Below, piece by piece: positions 19,860 through 29,850 of a stretch of DNA of 60,203 nucleotides. The stretch covers positions 1 through 60,203 of the forward strand of contig JAOQAF010000080.1 of assembly GCA_025963735.1 (NCBI GenBank), read 5' to 3'. Position 1 is the stretch's first letter, and every line of letters starts with the position of its first letter. Below the pieces are notes generated by a model. The model saw nothing but the letters and a program-made list of their open reading frames with translations. It had not been told where the DNA came from and ran no database searches. This stretch comes from Bacteroidota bacterium. GTDB taxonomy: Bacteria > Bacteroidota > Bacteroidia > B-17B0 > Aurantibacillaceae. Both the position numbers and the translations under genes were made by a program.

Positions 19860-22800
19860 CTAACGCTGCAGCTGCACATAGCCTGTGGTATTATAATCCT
19901 TGCCATCCCTGTCCTTCGCGCTGAAGATGTAAAAATAGGTTCCTGGCGAACAGTCTTTTCCGTCAAAGGTTTGTCCGTTCCATTTATCGTTTACATCCTT
20001 TAATTCATATACTTTTTTACCCCAGCGGTCAAAAATAACGCAAGTCATTTCCGTAACATATCTCATTACGGGAAAGAAAAAATCGTTACTACCATCGTTA
20101 TTGGGAGTAAAAATATTTGGCAATGGCATATTTACATAGGGCGGATATACGCCCAGCGTATCACTTACTATCAGTGTTTTAGAAAGGGTATCGTTACACC
20201 CGTTAAGTCCGTAAGCGATTAAAGTAATGTCATAAACTCCCGGTGCATTAATAACAAATGTTGTAACACTGTTAGTAGAACTACTGCCGTTGGTGCACGA
20301 CCAGTTAAAACCCGTAGCCTGCGACGAACCGTTAGTTACATTTATTGTTTGCGGTAATACACTGGGCGTACTTACAGTAGAAAAAATGGCAACAGCTGCG
20401 GGAATCACTGTAACTGTTTCGGTTTTGGAAGCCTTACAGCCGTTTGCTCCGCCGGATGAAACAGTATAAATAATCACTCCTGCGCTTAATGGGTGCGAAA
20501 CAGGATTAGAACAGGTTGAACAGCTAAGACCGGTTGCCGGTGCCCATGCATAACTGGCCGAGCCTGATGCGGAGAGCTGAACTTTATCTCCTACACAAAT
20601 GGTTGCTGAGGTAGCGGCAATGTTTATATTTGGAGTGGGTATAAAATGAGCTACAATACTGTCGTTATTCAGCAATGTTAAGGTTACCGCCGAATTAGTG
20701 GTAGCAGGCAGTGGAACTCCGCTGAGTGTTGTCCAGTTAGAAAAACAATAACCGGGGTTAGCATGCGCCACAAGATTATTGGCCATGTTGCCCGGGTATG
20801 TACCCGACCAGGTGAAGGCCGTTAGGTTTAAGGAATTAAAGTCCACTGTTCCTGAATTTGGAGGACTAACATTTATTTTAATTTTATACGGTCCTGTTAC
20901 GTTATAACAACTATTGAAATGATGAGTTACTGAATCGCATCGCTGCTGAATAAAACTTCTGAGTGCTTGGACATTAATTGTCCATTGCTGCATGGTTCCG
21001 CCCCATTTTGCCACCTGGCCGGGCATTTCGGGAGTAATTAAAAGTATCATACTGTCGAGAATAGCGGTCATGCGCTGACAACTTAAACCTGAATTTATCA
21101 GATCAAAATAACGCATCACATAATACTGCTTAAAGGTTGGGTTGGTAAGAAGCGCGTTCAGAATCGGCACATGACCCTCACTTCCCGGATTTCCAAGGCT
21201 TTGAGGATCACAGGGGTCGGCATCTGCATTCACGTTTGGTACTGAAGTATAATTAATATAGTGTTTAAATGTTGCATCCTCATCCCATAACGTATATTTC
21301 CATTTCTTTTGGGTAGAATTATAATTAGTGCTTCTCCACCAGGCGGTGTTCCAGTTTAACCAGTCGGAACAAACTACGTATGAATTTAATATCACGTAAT
21401 CGGCAAGGCTTTTTTCGTCAAGCTGCCCGATAACATAATTATAGTTGGCCGGCACCGTCATATTATTGCTGGTAATATAATTTTTCAGAGTGTTCCAGTC
21501 GGTCTGCGCCTGTGTGCCTCCGTAGGCTGACCAGGTGCTTCCCCAGGTTTGAAGGTATTGAAGGGAATCTTCATGCGCGTTATAATAATACTTTGTAAAA
21601 TCTTTATCGTCAACTTTTTCTCTTACATCATACACGCCCCAATACGTTCCGTTTAAATACATGATTGCAGGGGCCCATGTTCTTTCATCCAGATGCATTT
21701 TTGCTTTTTGAGAAACGGTATGAATATAGGAGTCGCGGATGTGTGCGCCGCCAAGCTCACCAGGGAAATTAGAATTTGGTGACCCTTCAAAAGGATAATT
21801 ATCATTTGCCGCAGCTTTAAAAATAATCCGCTGAAATTCATTACGGTTTTTTGAATTAAAGATCTGGTGCTTAAGTGCGTCGTTAATTCCAAATTCATCG
21901 CGGCTTACAAAATCAATGGCCCGTTGATTATAGAACCACGAGTCGTTGCCATGTTTATTGCTTTGTCCGTAACTTTCTGTTTTAAATATTCCCGAATCAA
22001 AATACTCTAAACCAACTTCAGGAACTATTTGCGTGCCGTTCATAAGTGTCATAAGCTGATCACCAAAAACAGAAACAACATTAACGGAGTGTGTTACATT
22101 AATAAAATAAGTATTACTCTCAATAAAACTCTGAAGAACCAGTGGATTAGCGCTGTAGGCAATAGCCCTGAGAACCTGAGTGGTTGACACGTTTACCGGC
22201 GTCGCATAAACGGCTGAGCTCCCATTTGGAGTTGTTCCGTTGTTGGTATATTTTATGGTAACTCCGGCATCAGGCGAAGTAATGGAAATGTTTTGAGAAG
22301 AAGGATAAAAGCCGGGGACAAGATTCATGGAAGGCGTTGTGGCGTATCCCAGAAAAGGAGTGGCGGAATTATTACTGCTGTTTGGTGTAGGCGAAGTAAA
22401 TACGCTCCATGTTGATGCCGCGTCAGTTGTTCGTCCTCTTGAATGACCAAGCTGTGTGCGCTGCGAGGTAACAGAATCGATAATAACAAAAGCGGGACTT
22501 GAAAAAAGAATTTTATCGGCCCTGCATTGTGTAAGCGAAAAATTAGTGTGAAGATTTGGGCCTGAATTTATATTATTCCCCGAGGCCCATATTCTTAAAA
22601 AACTGTTCGCATTAATGGTTACGTTTCCAAACTTCCATTTACCTGGATTTGTTGTTTTGTTACTTAGGCAGTATCCGGTTAAATTTACGGGCGTGCCCGA
22701 TGGGTTATACAATTCTATCCAGTCTTCGGCCTTCCCGAAATTATCAGTAAAGGTGGTAAGATTGGAGCAGGAATATTCATTAATAATAACCTGGGAGCTT

Positions 22801-22865
22801 ATTGGTTGAATAACCGCCAGTGAAAAAAACAAGCCTGAAATAAACCTGAATAGAAGTGATTTCAT
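19860..22865 (-). CDS. T9SS cargo: lamin-tail + FN3-associated + CotH kinase + PKD-like + type B (gliding-motility) CTD
   Basis: VIINE..DWIELYN (LTD), YTNNGTTP, LNGTYWGVYDVRE, DWLNWN and LWDEDATF (CotH), and PNIFTPNNDGSND..IFDRWG..GTYFY (type B CTD). Confidence 0.85.
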   Translation of the reverse strand: MKSLLFRFISGLFFSLAVIQPISSQVIINEYSCSNLTTFTDNFGKAEDWIELYNPSGTPVNLTGYCLSNKTTNPGKWKFGNVTINANSFLRIWASGNNINSGPNLHTNFSLTQCRADKILFSSPAFVIIDSVTSQRTQLGHSRGRTTDAASTWSVFTSPTPNSSNNSATPFLGYATTPSMNLVPGFYPSSQNISITSPDAGVTIKYTNNGTTPNGSSAVYATPVNVSTTQVLRAIAYSANPLVLQSFIESNTYFINVTHSVNVVSVFGDQLMTLMNGTQIVPEVGLEYFDSGIFKTESYGQSNKHGNDSWFYNQRAIDFVSRDEFGINDALKHQIFNSKNRNEFQRIIFKAAANDNYPFEGSPNSNFPGELGGAHIRDSYIHTVSQKAKMHLDERTWAPAIMYLNGTYWGVYDVREKVDDKDFTKYYYNAHEDSLQYLQTWGSTWSAYGGTQAQTDWNTLKNYITSNNMTVPANYNYVIGQLDEKSLADYVILNSYVVCSDWLNWNTAWWRSTNYNSTQKKWKYTLWDEDATFKHYINYTSVPNVNADADPCDPQSLGNPGSEGHVPILNALLTNPTFKQYYVMRYFDLINSGLSCQRMTAILDSMILLITPEMPGQVAKWGGTMQQWTINVQALRSFIQQRCDSVTHHFNSCYNVTGPYKIKINVSPPNSGTVDFNSLNLTAFTWSGTYPGNMANNLVAHANPGYCFSNWTTLSGVPLPATTNSAVTLTLLNNDSIVAHFIPTPNINIAATSATICVGDKVQLSASGSASYAWAPATGLSCSTCSNPVSHPLSAGVIIYTVSSGGANGCKASKTETVTVIPAAVAIFSTVSTPSVLPQTINVTNGSSQATGFNWSCTNGSSSTNSVTTFVINAPGVYDITLIAYGLNGCNDTLSKTLIVSDTLGVYPPYVNMPLPNIFTPNNDGSNDFFFPVMRYVTEMTCVIFDRWGKKVYELKDVNDKWNGQTFDGKDCSPGTYFYIFSAKDRDGKDYNTTGYVQLQR

Positions 22866-23031
22866 TTATATTAATATCTAATTAAAGATAATAATTAAAG
22901 CGGGGGAAATAAAATTATTTGAATAAGTTAAAAAGAAGGTTTAATATTTTTTTGGACTGAAAGACTGAAACCAAAGGCTCTCCTTAAGTCTGACTCTAGA
23001 TTGCAGCGCAGGCGGAATCTAATCGTTTGAT

Positions 23032-23808
23032 TTAGTTGCGCTTCTTCTTCCGCCTATAATGTTTGTCTATATAATCAATCGCTTGTTTTTGCGTGAGTAT
23101 TGCAAAATTTTTATAACGATCGTGAACGTCAATAATTTCATCCAGTGCTTCGGTTACAAGTTCCTGGTTGTCCCATGCCTTAAGGTCTTCAACAACAGCA
23201 GCAAGACAGTCTTTTTTATAAGCAATTTGTCCTAAAACATGAACTAAGGTGCTTTTAACTCTTGCTGTTTTATCAAATTGAAGTTCTCTCAGCAAGGGTA
23301 AAATATCCAGTGGATGTGTCCGTCCCCGTAGTTCGATACCATGACAGATTTCTCTTCGAATTTCTTTATTGGAATGATGTAAATATTTTTTGGCCCATTT
23401 TAAAACGGGCTTAGGGTTTTTTTCTCCCATTTTTTTAACTGAACCAATCACCGCGTTCCTAACCGAATGGTGTTCATCAAACAGTGCCCGGTCAAAAAAG
23501 CCTTCTACCTTTTCAAATTCTTTAATGCCAATTTCGCCGGCGGCATTTATTGCGGTCTGCCGCACTTTTTCGTTACCTGATTTTAATAATGAATCAAGAA
23601 GATTTAAAATTTTTGGTCTTTGATTTTTAGTTGTGTTATAGATTTTTCCTATTGCCTGATAGGCTGCCTTGCGAATGTAAGTGTCCTGGTCTGAAAAATA
23701 ATTTAAAATGTCTCCCTTATTCTTTTGTTGAATATCAGAAAATATGTTGGTGTAAATTGTATTTACAAGCTGAAGCCGCTGTTCTTTATTAAGATCGTAA
23801 AATCCCAT
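23032..23808 (-). CDS. HEAT-repeat protein (possibly DNA alkylation repair-like)
   Basis: Repeated helical units DQDTYIRKAA, NEKVRQTA, DEHHSVRNA, NKEIRRE and DKTARVK. Confidence 0.75.
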   Translation of the reverse strand: MGFYDLNKEQRLQLVNTIYTNIFSDIQQKNKGDILNYFSDQDTYIRKAAYQAIGKIYNTTKNQRPKILNLLDSLLKSGNEKVRQTAINAAGEIGIKEFEKVEGFFDRALFDEHHSVRNAVIGSVKKMGEKNPKPVLKWAKKYLHHSNKEIRREICHGIELRGRTHPLDILPLLRELQFDKTARVKSTLVHVLGQIAYKKDCLAAVVEDLKAWDNQELVTEALDEIIDVHDRYKNFAILTQKQAIDYIDKHYRRKKKRN

Positions 23809-23860
23809 TATTAATTATACCGCTATGTATGAAGAGGCTTCATGAGATTTAATGAGTTAA

Positions 23861-26800
23861 TTAGATTTTTATACCAATAACCAGGATATCATCTATTTGT
23901 TCTAAATCTTTTTTCCAATGACTAAAAGTTTCGGAAACCTTTTGTTTTTGTTCAGCCATGGATAAATGTAAATTAGAAAAAAGTAATTTTTGCATGTTTG
24001 AAAGCATAAACTTTTTGCCTCTTGGCCCCCCAAACTGGTCCGCATATCCATCGCTGAAGATGTACAGGCAGTCGCCCGTAAAAACAGGAACAGTGTGGTT
24101 TTGATAAACACGGTTCTCTTCTAATTCTAATCCGCCAATAGGAAATTTATTGGGCTTAATAATTTCAAGTTCATAGTTTTTGTTTTTTCTGAAAATCCAC
24201 AATGGCCTGTTGGCGCCCGAATAATTTACGGTTGAATCAGTTTTATTTATTTCGCACAGCGCTATATCCATTCCGTCGCGTCGTTGAGAATCTTTCTGAC
24301 TTTGGTGCAATGCTTTTTTAACACCTTCATGGAGTTTCAATAAAATATCGCCCGGTAATTTAATTTTCTGCTGGCTTACAATATCGTTTAACAGCGTGTT
24401 TCCTACAATGCTCATAAAAGCTCCGGGCACGCCGTGACCCGTACAATCGGCCGCAGCAATATAACGCGTTTGTTCATTTTCATGAAACCAGAAAAAATCT
24501 CCGCTTACAATGTCTTTCGGAAGATAAAAAATAAAACAATTTTCAAACGCTTTTTCAGTGGCTGTTAAAGCCGGCAGTAAGGCTTCCTGAATATTTTTAG
24601 CGTATTTGATGCTGTCGGTAATTTCAATGTTTTTATGTTCAATTTCACCTTTCTGTAAGCTAACCTCTTTATTAATAATTTCTACTTTTTCTTTTTCTTC
24701 ACGAAGCTCCTTAGTACGTTCACTAACTATTTTTTCAAGTTTTAATTTATCGGCCTTCAGTTTCCTTGTTTTAAAATAATTATAACTGATAATTCCGGTG
24801 AGCAGAATGAATGCACATAAAACATAAAACCAAACCGTTTTATACCAGGGCGAAAGAATTTCAAAATCATATGTTGCCGGAAACATGTTCCAAATTCCAT
24901 CGTTATTACAAGCCCTTACCATAAAAGTATATTTACCCGGCGGAAGGGATGGATAAGTGGCTTCTGTTTTGCTGATTGGAGGGGTCCAGTCGTTATCAAT
25001 ACCTTCAAGTTTGTATTGATATAACACTTTTTCGGGTGCCACCAAGCTAATACCAACAAATTGAAATGTGAGGTTGTTTTTAGAAAAAGGCAAGAAGAGG
25101 TGTGAAGGTAAAAGCGTAACGCTGTCAATACCTTTTGAATATTGCAAAATATCTTCCTGCCCAAAAAATAATTTAATATTGGTAATGTTTATCCGGGCTT
25201 CTTTTTTGTTTAAATGATCTAACCCCGGATCGTAAATCTCTATGCCGTTAACTGTGCCTATAATAACCCGCCCGGCCTTGTCATGCGTTACTGCATTCAG
25301 GTTAGATTCAAGACTGATGAGTCCATCATCCTTACCAAAATGTTTGAGGTTGGTTTTGGAGTTATAGAAATCATTTAAATCAAGAATATCAAGTCCGTTA
25401 TTCGTGCCTATTAGCAAATGCTTGTTTTTATCTTCCTGAAGAAAATTGATGTAACTGGCTGTAAGTTCTTTTTGAGCACTAATTTTTTCAAACCTATTAC
25501 CGTTGTATCTGAACAAGCCGTCTTCTGTTCCTACCCACAAATTATTTTTATAATCTACAATTCCACAATTAATTCGACCATCAATTAAGCCTTGCGCGGC
25601 ATTAAAAAGTTGCGCCCTTCCATTTTCTATAAGTATTAAACCATTTTCGGTGCCAAACCATTTTCTTTTTTTCTCATCTTCTGTTATAAACAGAGTGGCA
25701 AATTGGCGGCCATCCATTTTAAATTTATTTACAGAAGTTTCTTCAGTAATTGTTCCATTAATTATTTTATAAATACTTTCATTGGTTCCTATCCAGACCT
25801 GATTACCACGATCTTTGTATAAGGAAAGAATGTACTTGTGGCGAAACGCATCACCGCCAATAACGTGAATATTACCATTTTCATACTCGCATAAACCGTC
25901 GGAGGTACCAAACAACATTTTACCATTTTCAAGCGCAAGCATCGCATTAATATCATTATCGGTAAGGCCTTCTGATTGCTTTAAATTAAATATAAACCGC
26001 TCCAGTGATTTTCCGTTAATTTTAACAAGACCATTCCGTTTTAAACCTGCCCATATATTGTTATAAGAATCTACACCAACAGAATTAATATAACTTTCGG
26101 TTAGACCATTGGTTCTATTGTAGTAAATAAAACGGTTGTTCAGATATTTATATACACCGGCTCCATCGGTACCTACCCAAAGATTCCCTTCCCGGTCCTT
26201 AAACAAGCATTGAACCGGATTGTTAGTAAGCCCGTTTTGAAGATTATAAAAGGCTTTCCGGATTTTAAATGTAAAATTAAAATCCATAATACCAGCCGAC
26301 TGAGTACCCAGATAAAACTCGTTATTTCCCTTTGGAAGAATACAACTTATGGAAATATTATTATTGGCAGGAATTTCTTTTGCTTTGCTTACAATAAATT
26401 CCTTGTCAATTTTATTAAGGCCGTATTGCGTGCCAATTAGCATATCTCCGTTCTCTTCCTGCCCTATGGAGAACACAAGCTCGCTGTTAAGGCCCTGTGC
26501 CGTTGAAAAATGTTTAAACTGCTTTTTTTGCACATCGTAAAAAACAACACCGTTTTGTATAGTTCCAAACCATATATTTTTCCCGGAGTCAATAAAAACC
26601 GTGTAAACGGAGCTTTGATTCAAAATAGAATCCATTGTAAAAGGAACTATTTTGTTATTATCAAGTAAATAAACGCCTGCCTGTGTACCGATCCATATTT
26701 TTGTTTCATCATTGAGTACTTTGTAAATCAACGTGTTTTTCAATCCTTGTTTAGCCCCATAATTTTTACAGGTAATGCCATTAAAAACACTAAGCCCTTT

Positions 26801-27097
26801 TGAAGTTCCGAAGAAGAGCAAATGATTTTTATTTTCGGCAATTGAAAAAACAATATTATCGGCCAGGCCGTCCGCTGTGGTTAATGTAGTAAACCGGTTA
26901 CCATCAAATTTCGTAACGCCTCCGCTGTTTGTTCCAAACCACATATAGCCTTTAAAATCCTGAATAATAGACAGCACCTGCGATTGCGGAAGACCTTCTT
27001 CAAGGCTATAATTTTTAAAATTATACGTTTGAGATTTGCACAGAAAAAAATTCAATGCAGTACAGAGAAAAAATATATATCTGAAAATGGAAGGCAT
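23861..27097 (-). CDS. Membrane sensor: beta-propeller (Reg_prop) + Y_Y_Y + TM + SpoIIE/PP2C phosphatase
   Basis: DxxGxxWxGTxxG repeats, YQYKLEG..PGKYTFMVRA, SPWYKTVWF before the TM helix, then PKDIVSGDF, ADCTGHGVPG, DGMD, SDGYADQFGG and QIDDI. Confidence 0.92.
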   Translation of the reverse strand: MPSIFRYIFFLCTALNFFLCKSQTYNFKNYSLEEGLPQSQVLSIIQDFKGYMWFGTNSGGVTKFDGNRFTTLTTADGLADNIVFSIAENKNHLLFFGTSKGLSVFNGITCKNYGAKQGLKNTLIYKVLNDETKIWIGTQAGVYLLDNNKIVPFTMDSILNQSSVYTVFIDSGKNIWFGTIQNGVVFYDVQKKQFKHFSTAQGLNSELVFSIGQEENGDMLIGTQYGLNKIDKEFIVSKAKEIPANNNISISCILPKGNNEFYLGTQSAGIMDFNFTFKIRKAFYNLQNGLTNNPVQCLFKDREGNLWVGTDGAGVYKYLNNRFIYYNRTNGLTESYINSVGVDSYNNIWAGLKRNGLVKINGKSLERFIFNLKQSEGLTDNDINAMLALENGKMLFGTSDGLCEYENGNIHVIGGDAFRHKYILSLYKDRGNQVWIGTNESIYKIINGTITEETSVNKFKMDGRQFATLFITEDEKKRKWFGTENGLILIENGRAQLFNAAQGLIDGRINCGIVDYKNNLWVGTEDGLFRYNGNRFEKISAQKELTASYINFLQEDKNKHLLIGTNNGLDILDLNDFYNSKTNLKHFGKDDGLISLESNLNAVTHDKAGRVIIGTVNGIEIYDPGLDHLNKKEARINITNIKLFFGQEDILQYSKGIDSVTLLPSHLFLPFSKNNLTFQFVGISLVAPEKVLYQYKLEGIDNDWTPPISKTEATYPSLPPGKYTFMVRACNNDGIWNMFPATYDFEILSPWYKTVWFYVLCAFILLTGIISYNYFKTRKLKADKLKLEKIVSERTKELREEKEKVEIINKEVSLQKGEIEHKNIEITDSIKYAKNIQEALLPALTATEKAFENCFIFYLPKDIVSGDFFWFHENEQTRYIAAADCTGHGVPGAFMSIVGNTLLNDIVSQQKIKLPGDILLKLHEGVKKALHQSQKDSQRRDGMDIALCEINKTDSTVNYSGANRPLWIFRKNKNYELEIIKPNKFPIGGLELEENRVYQNHTVPVFTGDCLYIFSDGYADQFGGPRGKKFMLSNMQKLLFSNLHLSMAEQKQKVSETFSHWKKDLEQIDDILVIGIKI

Positions 27098-27105
27098 GCT
27101 TTTTT

Positions 27106-27135
27106 AAAAAAAAAGCCAACTGTTTAAGGTTGGCT
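27106..27135 (-). terminator. Intrinsic terminator after the T9SS type A cargo gene
   Basis: Minus strand reads AGCCAAC-cttaaaca-GTTGGCT, running into a T9 tract. Confidence 0.75.
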
Positions 27136-27156
27136 CTTTATAAATTTATTTTTTAA

Positions 27157-29727
27157 TTAATCGGTAATTATAAGTTTGGTTGTTCGCTGAACATTATTAA
27201 TGAAGATCGCTACAAAATAAACGCCCGGCTTAATCTTATCCAGCTGCGCTGTTATTCTCATCTCACCTGGAGTATAACGGCCCTGGCTTAATAAAGTTTT
27301 GATAGTACGTCCGGTAATGTCAGTCAATTCTAACTTAACGAGAGAGGCTTCGTTTAAATTAAAATTAATGTTGACCATGTTATTAGCCGGATTTGGATAT
27401 ACAGTTATTTGAGTGTTATTTATCCACAGTTCTTTAAACCCAACAGTGTTTACCGGATTAATTTTCGCAGAATCAACCACAAAATCCAGATTTGTATATT
27501 GAAGCGAGTTTAAAGTGATGACTCTGTGATAAGTATTGTTGGTGTCAAGTCCCGGGATGTCAACCAAAATAAAATAGCTTTCGCCCGGGTTATTTACCGG
27601 CATGTTTTGCAGGGTATACTGCCCCGATCCGTTAGTTTTAGATTGGGATGTAATATCTCCACCGGGATTTCTTCCGCCTTTAACAATAATGCCCTTAATC
27701 GGATTACCGGGAACAAGAACTGCGTTTCCTTTTTGACCAAAACCCACCCCTTCAGTTATTGTTCCTGAAAGCTCTCCGGGGCCATTACCAAGATTGGTCA
27801 GAGGGATCACATCAATGTTTTGCGAAGAACCCGATATACATCCATGAGTTATGATGTTAGCGGTTTTCCAGTTTACTTCACTGTTGCCATATGTAATCTG
27901 CAACGAGTTGGCAGAAGGAATGCACTTAAGTATATAGGTATAGGCAGGAAGTGTGCCAAAGGTATAGCCACCGGCAATATCCAACACCTGACTGCTTATA
28001 GAATCAAATTTTGTAAGCACAGGCTCATATTTATAAAGAACCACAGTTCCTGAAACCGGCGCCAATGTTGGAGTAGTTACAAGACCAGAAATGTTTTTTG
28101 AACCATTAACTGTTATAACTGATATGGAGCTTTGCGCCTGGCAACCGAGGTTGTCTGTTACATTTAACTGAACCGTATAAACACCAGGGGAACCCGCGCT
28201 GAAAACAACACTGGCCGAATTGACTCCGGAAACACTAAATGCCGTGGCGGCCGACCATGTATAAGTTATTGGCCCTACGCCACCAGTAACATTTGATGTA
28301 ACATTAAAGGGTACACTCTGGCAAACCATTGCGGGAACTGAAAAAGAGGGACTTATGGAGTAAACCGTTAGTGTCTGAAACAAAGTATCCGTTTGAGTTC
28401 CGGAAATTGCAATTAACCCTACAGTATGTGTTCCGGTTGTATTGAAGGAAAAAGAAAATGTATTGAAAGTGCCGGCATTGTAATTATTATCCAATATCCA
28501 TCTTACCGAATCAGTGTTTAGACTTGTGTTTGAATATGTCAGAAAAGACCCTAAACATAAGGGATTGGCATTCATACTAAAACTTGCAACGGGTGGAATA
28601 AATTTATAGATAATTGTTCCGTATTCTGTAGATTGCATATAATCCATATAGTTGCCACCAAAAAATAATTCGTTGTTAAGTGTGGTTAAATGAAAGGTAC
28701 TACCATCATTAGCATATTCGCCTATATGATAAACCGATTGAGTTGCCTGGGTATATGAAGGTGCGCTCAGGTAATATACTGAAGGCTGGCTATTGGCAAG
28801 TGAATACCAAATTTTGTTTTCATAACTCTTAAGGCTGATCAGAGAGCCCCCCGTATTTGGCACAAGCTTTGTAAAATTCATACCGTTAGAAGTTTTGTAA
28901 ATCGCGTATGCTCCGTCTCCATCATCAATGCCAAAGTACAACTCTCCGTTAAGGGTGTCCATGTCCCGTATCTTATATCCTACACTGTCTTTATAATATG
29001 CATTTGCCGTAAACGTTAAGCCATCTGTACTATTAAGAAGTGTAGGCATATAAGTTGAAGGGTCGGTTCCGGAAACCCATAAAACATTATTAAACACAAA
29101 TGTTTTACTCAGGTATTTTACAGGAATGCTGATATTAGAGTTTACAAATCCTGTTTGATTATATTTCTTTTTATAAATATTTGTAGCCTGTGAAGACGAG
29201 TCATCAAAAATAATCAGGGAGTCGTGATTTGTGAGCGGACTGAAAAAACAAAGAGAGGAAATACCATTATGATAGTTAGCGCCGCCAGGGTAGGCCATTG
29301 ACTCTGCCGTAACAGAGTTAGTTGAAGCATTAACTTTATAAACGGTTAAGCTGTCGGTAAACAAACCGGTGTTTGGTTTTACCCCCACAAAAAGGTACGA
29401 AAGGCTTGACGTTTTTATTGTTGCGAAACCGTTTAATCCATAATCCGAAATGGTTTTTGTATAATTTATAGGTGTAAAAACGCTGGTTGTTGGATTAAAC
29501 GCAGAAATGAAAGACGACCTATTGTAAGTAAGCGGATTAATGGTATCACCAAAAAGAAAAAGCTGCGAATTTAATCCGGCATTATTGCTTTGTTTAAAAT
29601 AATTAACCGGGGCCACTGTTGTTACCTTATAAATAGTGTCCCATCTGTCGGATACCTGTGATTGTGTTATTAATATCAAACAGGCGAGCACTGCAGTAAG
29701 GTTTATACGACCAACAAATTTTTTCAT
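27157..29727 (-). CDS. T9SS type A cargo protein with propeller-like and PKD/Ig-like domains
   Basis: Signal peptide, PPVASF..TGTHTVGL and PGVYTVQL PKD-like segments, and a C-terminal VYPNPA..DITGR..PGVYFV..KLII (Por_Secre_tail). Confidence 0.85.
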   Translation of the reverse strand: MKKFVGRINLTAVLACLILITQSQVSDRWDTIYKVTTVAPVNYFKQSNNAGLNSQLFLFGDTINPLTYNRSSFISAFNPTTSVFTPINYTKTISDYGLNGFATIKTSSLSYLFVGVKPNTGLFTDSLTVYKVNASTNSVTAESMAYPGGANYHNGISSLCFFSPLTNHDSLIIFDDSSSQATNIYKKKYNQTGFVNSNISIPVKYLSKTFVFNNVLWVSGTDPSTYMPTLLNSTDGLTFTANAYYKDSVGYKIRDMDTLNGELYFGIDDGDGAYAIYKTSNGMNFTKLVPNTGGSLISLKSYENKIWYSLANSQPSVYYLSAPSYTQATQSVYHIGEYANDGSTFHLTTLNNELFFGGNYMDYMQSTEYGTIIYKFIPPVASFSMNANPLCLGSFLTYSNTSLNTDSVRWILDNNYNAGTFNTFSFSFNTTGTHTVGLIAISGTQTDTLFQTLTVYSISPSFSVPAMVCQSVPFNVTSNVTGGVGPITYTWSAATAFSVSGVNSASVVFSAGSPGVYTVQLNVTDNLGCQAQSSISVITVNGSKNISGLVTTPTLAPVSGTVVLYKYEPVLTKFDSISSQVLDIAGGYTFGTLPAYTYILKCIPSANSLQITYGNSEVNWKTANIITHGCISGSSQNIDVIPLTNLGNGPGELSGTITEGVGFGQKGNAVLVPGNPIKGIIVKGGRNPGGDITSQSKTNGSGQYTLQNMPVNNPGESYFILVDIPGLDTNNTYHRVITLNSLQYTNLDFVVDSAKINPVNTVGFKELWINNTQITVYPNPANNMVNINFNLNEASLVKLELTDITGRTIKTLLSQGRYTPGEMRITAQLDKIKPGVYFVAIFINNVQRTTKLIITD

Positions 29728-29799
29728 CTTCTTTTTTTATAAAGATTAAAGATAGGTTTTATTTTGAATTTTCGTGTTAAATAATGGAAGGGGCTAAGA

Positions 29800-29832
29800 A
29801 CACAAAAGCCGCTTCGGGAGCGGCTTTTGTGT
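29800..29832. terminator. Intrinsic terminator after sdhB (possibly bidirectional)
   Basis: ACACAAAAGCCGCT-tcggg-AGCGGCTTTTGTGT, a perfect 14-bp stem. Confidence 0.85.
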
Positions 29833-29850
29833 GTATAGAATTTTGGAAGA

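Noticed and set aside
22950-23030. GACTGAAA tandem repeat and TAGATT...AATCTA hairpin as an ncRNA or REP
   Set aside because: Only a two-copy 8-mer and a 6-bp stem, with no second copy in the window.
19860-27097. CotH kinase + HEAT protein + PP2C as one kinase/scaffold/phosphatase system
   Set aside because: The kinase is exported while the phosphatase domain is cytoplasmic, and only same-strand adjacency supports a link.
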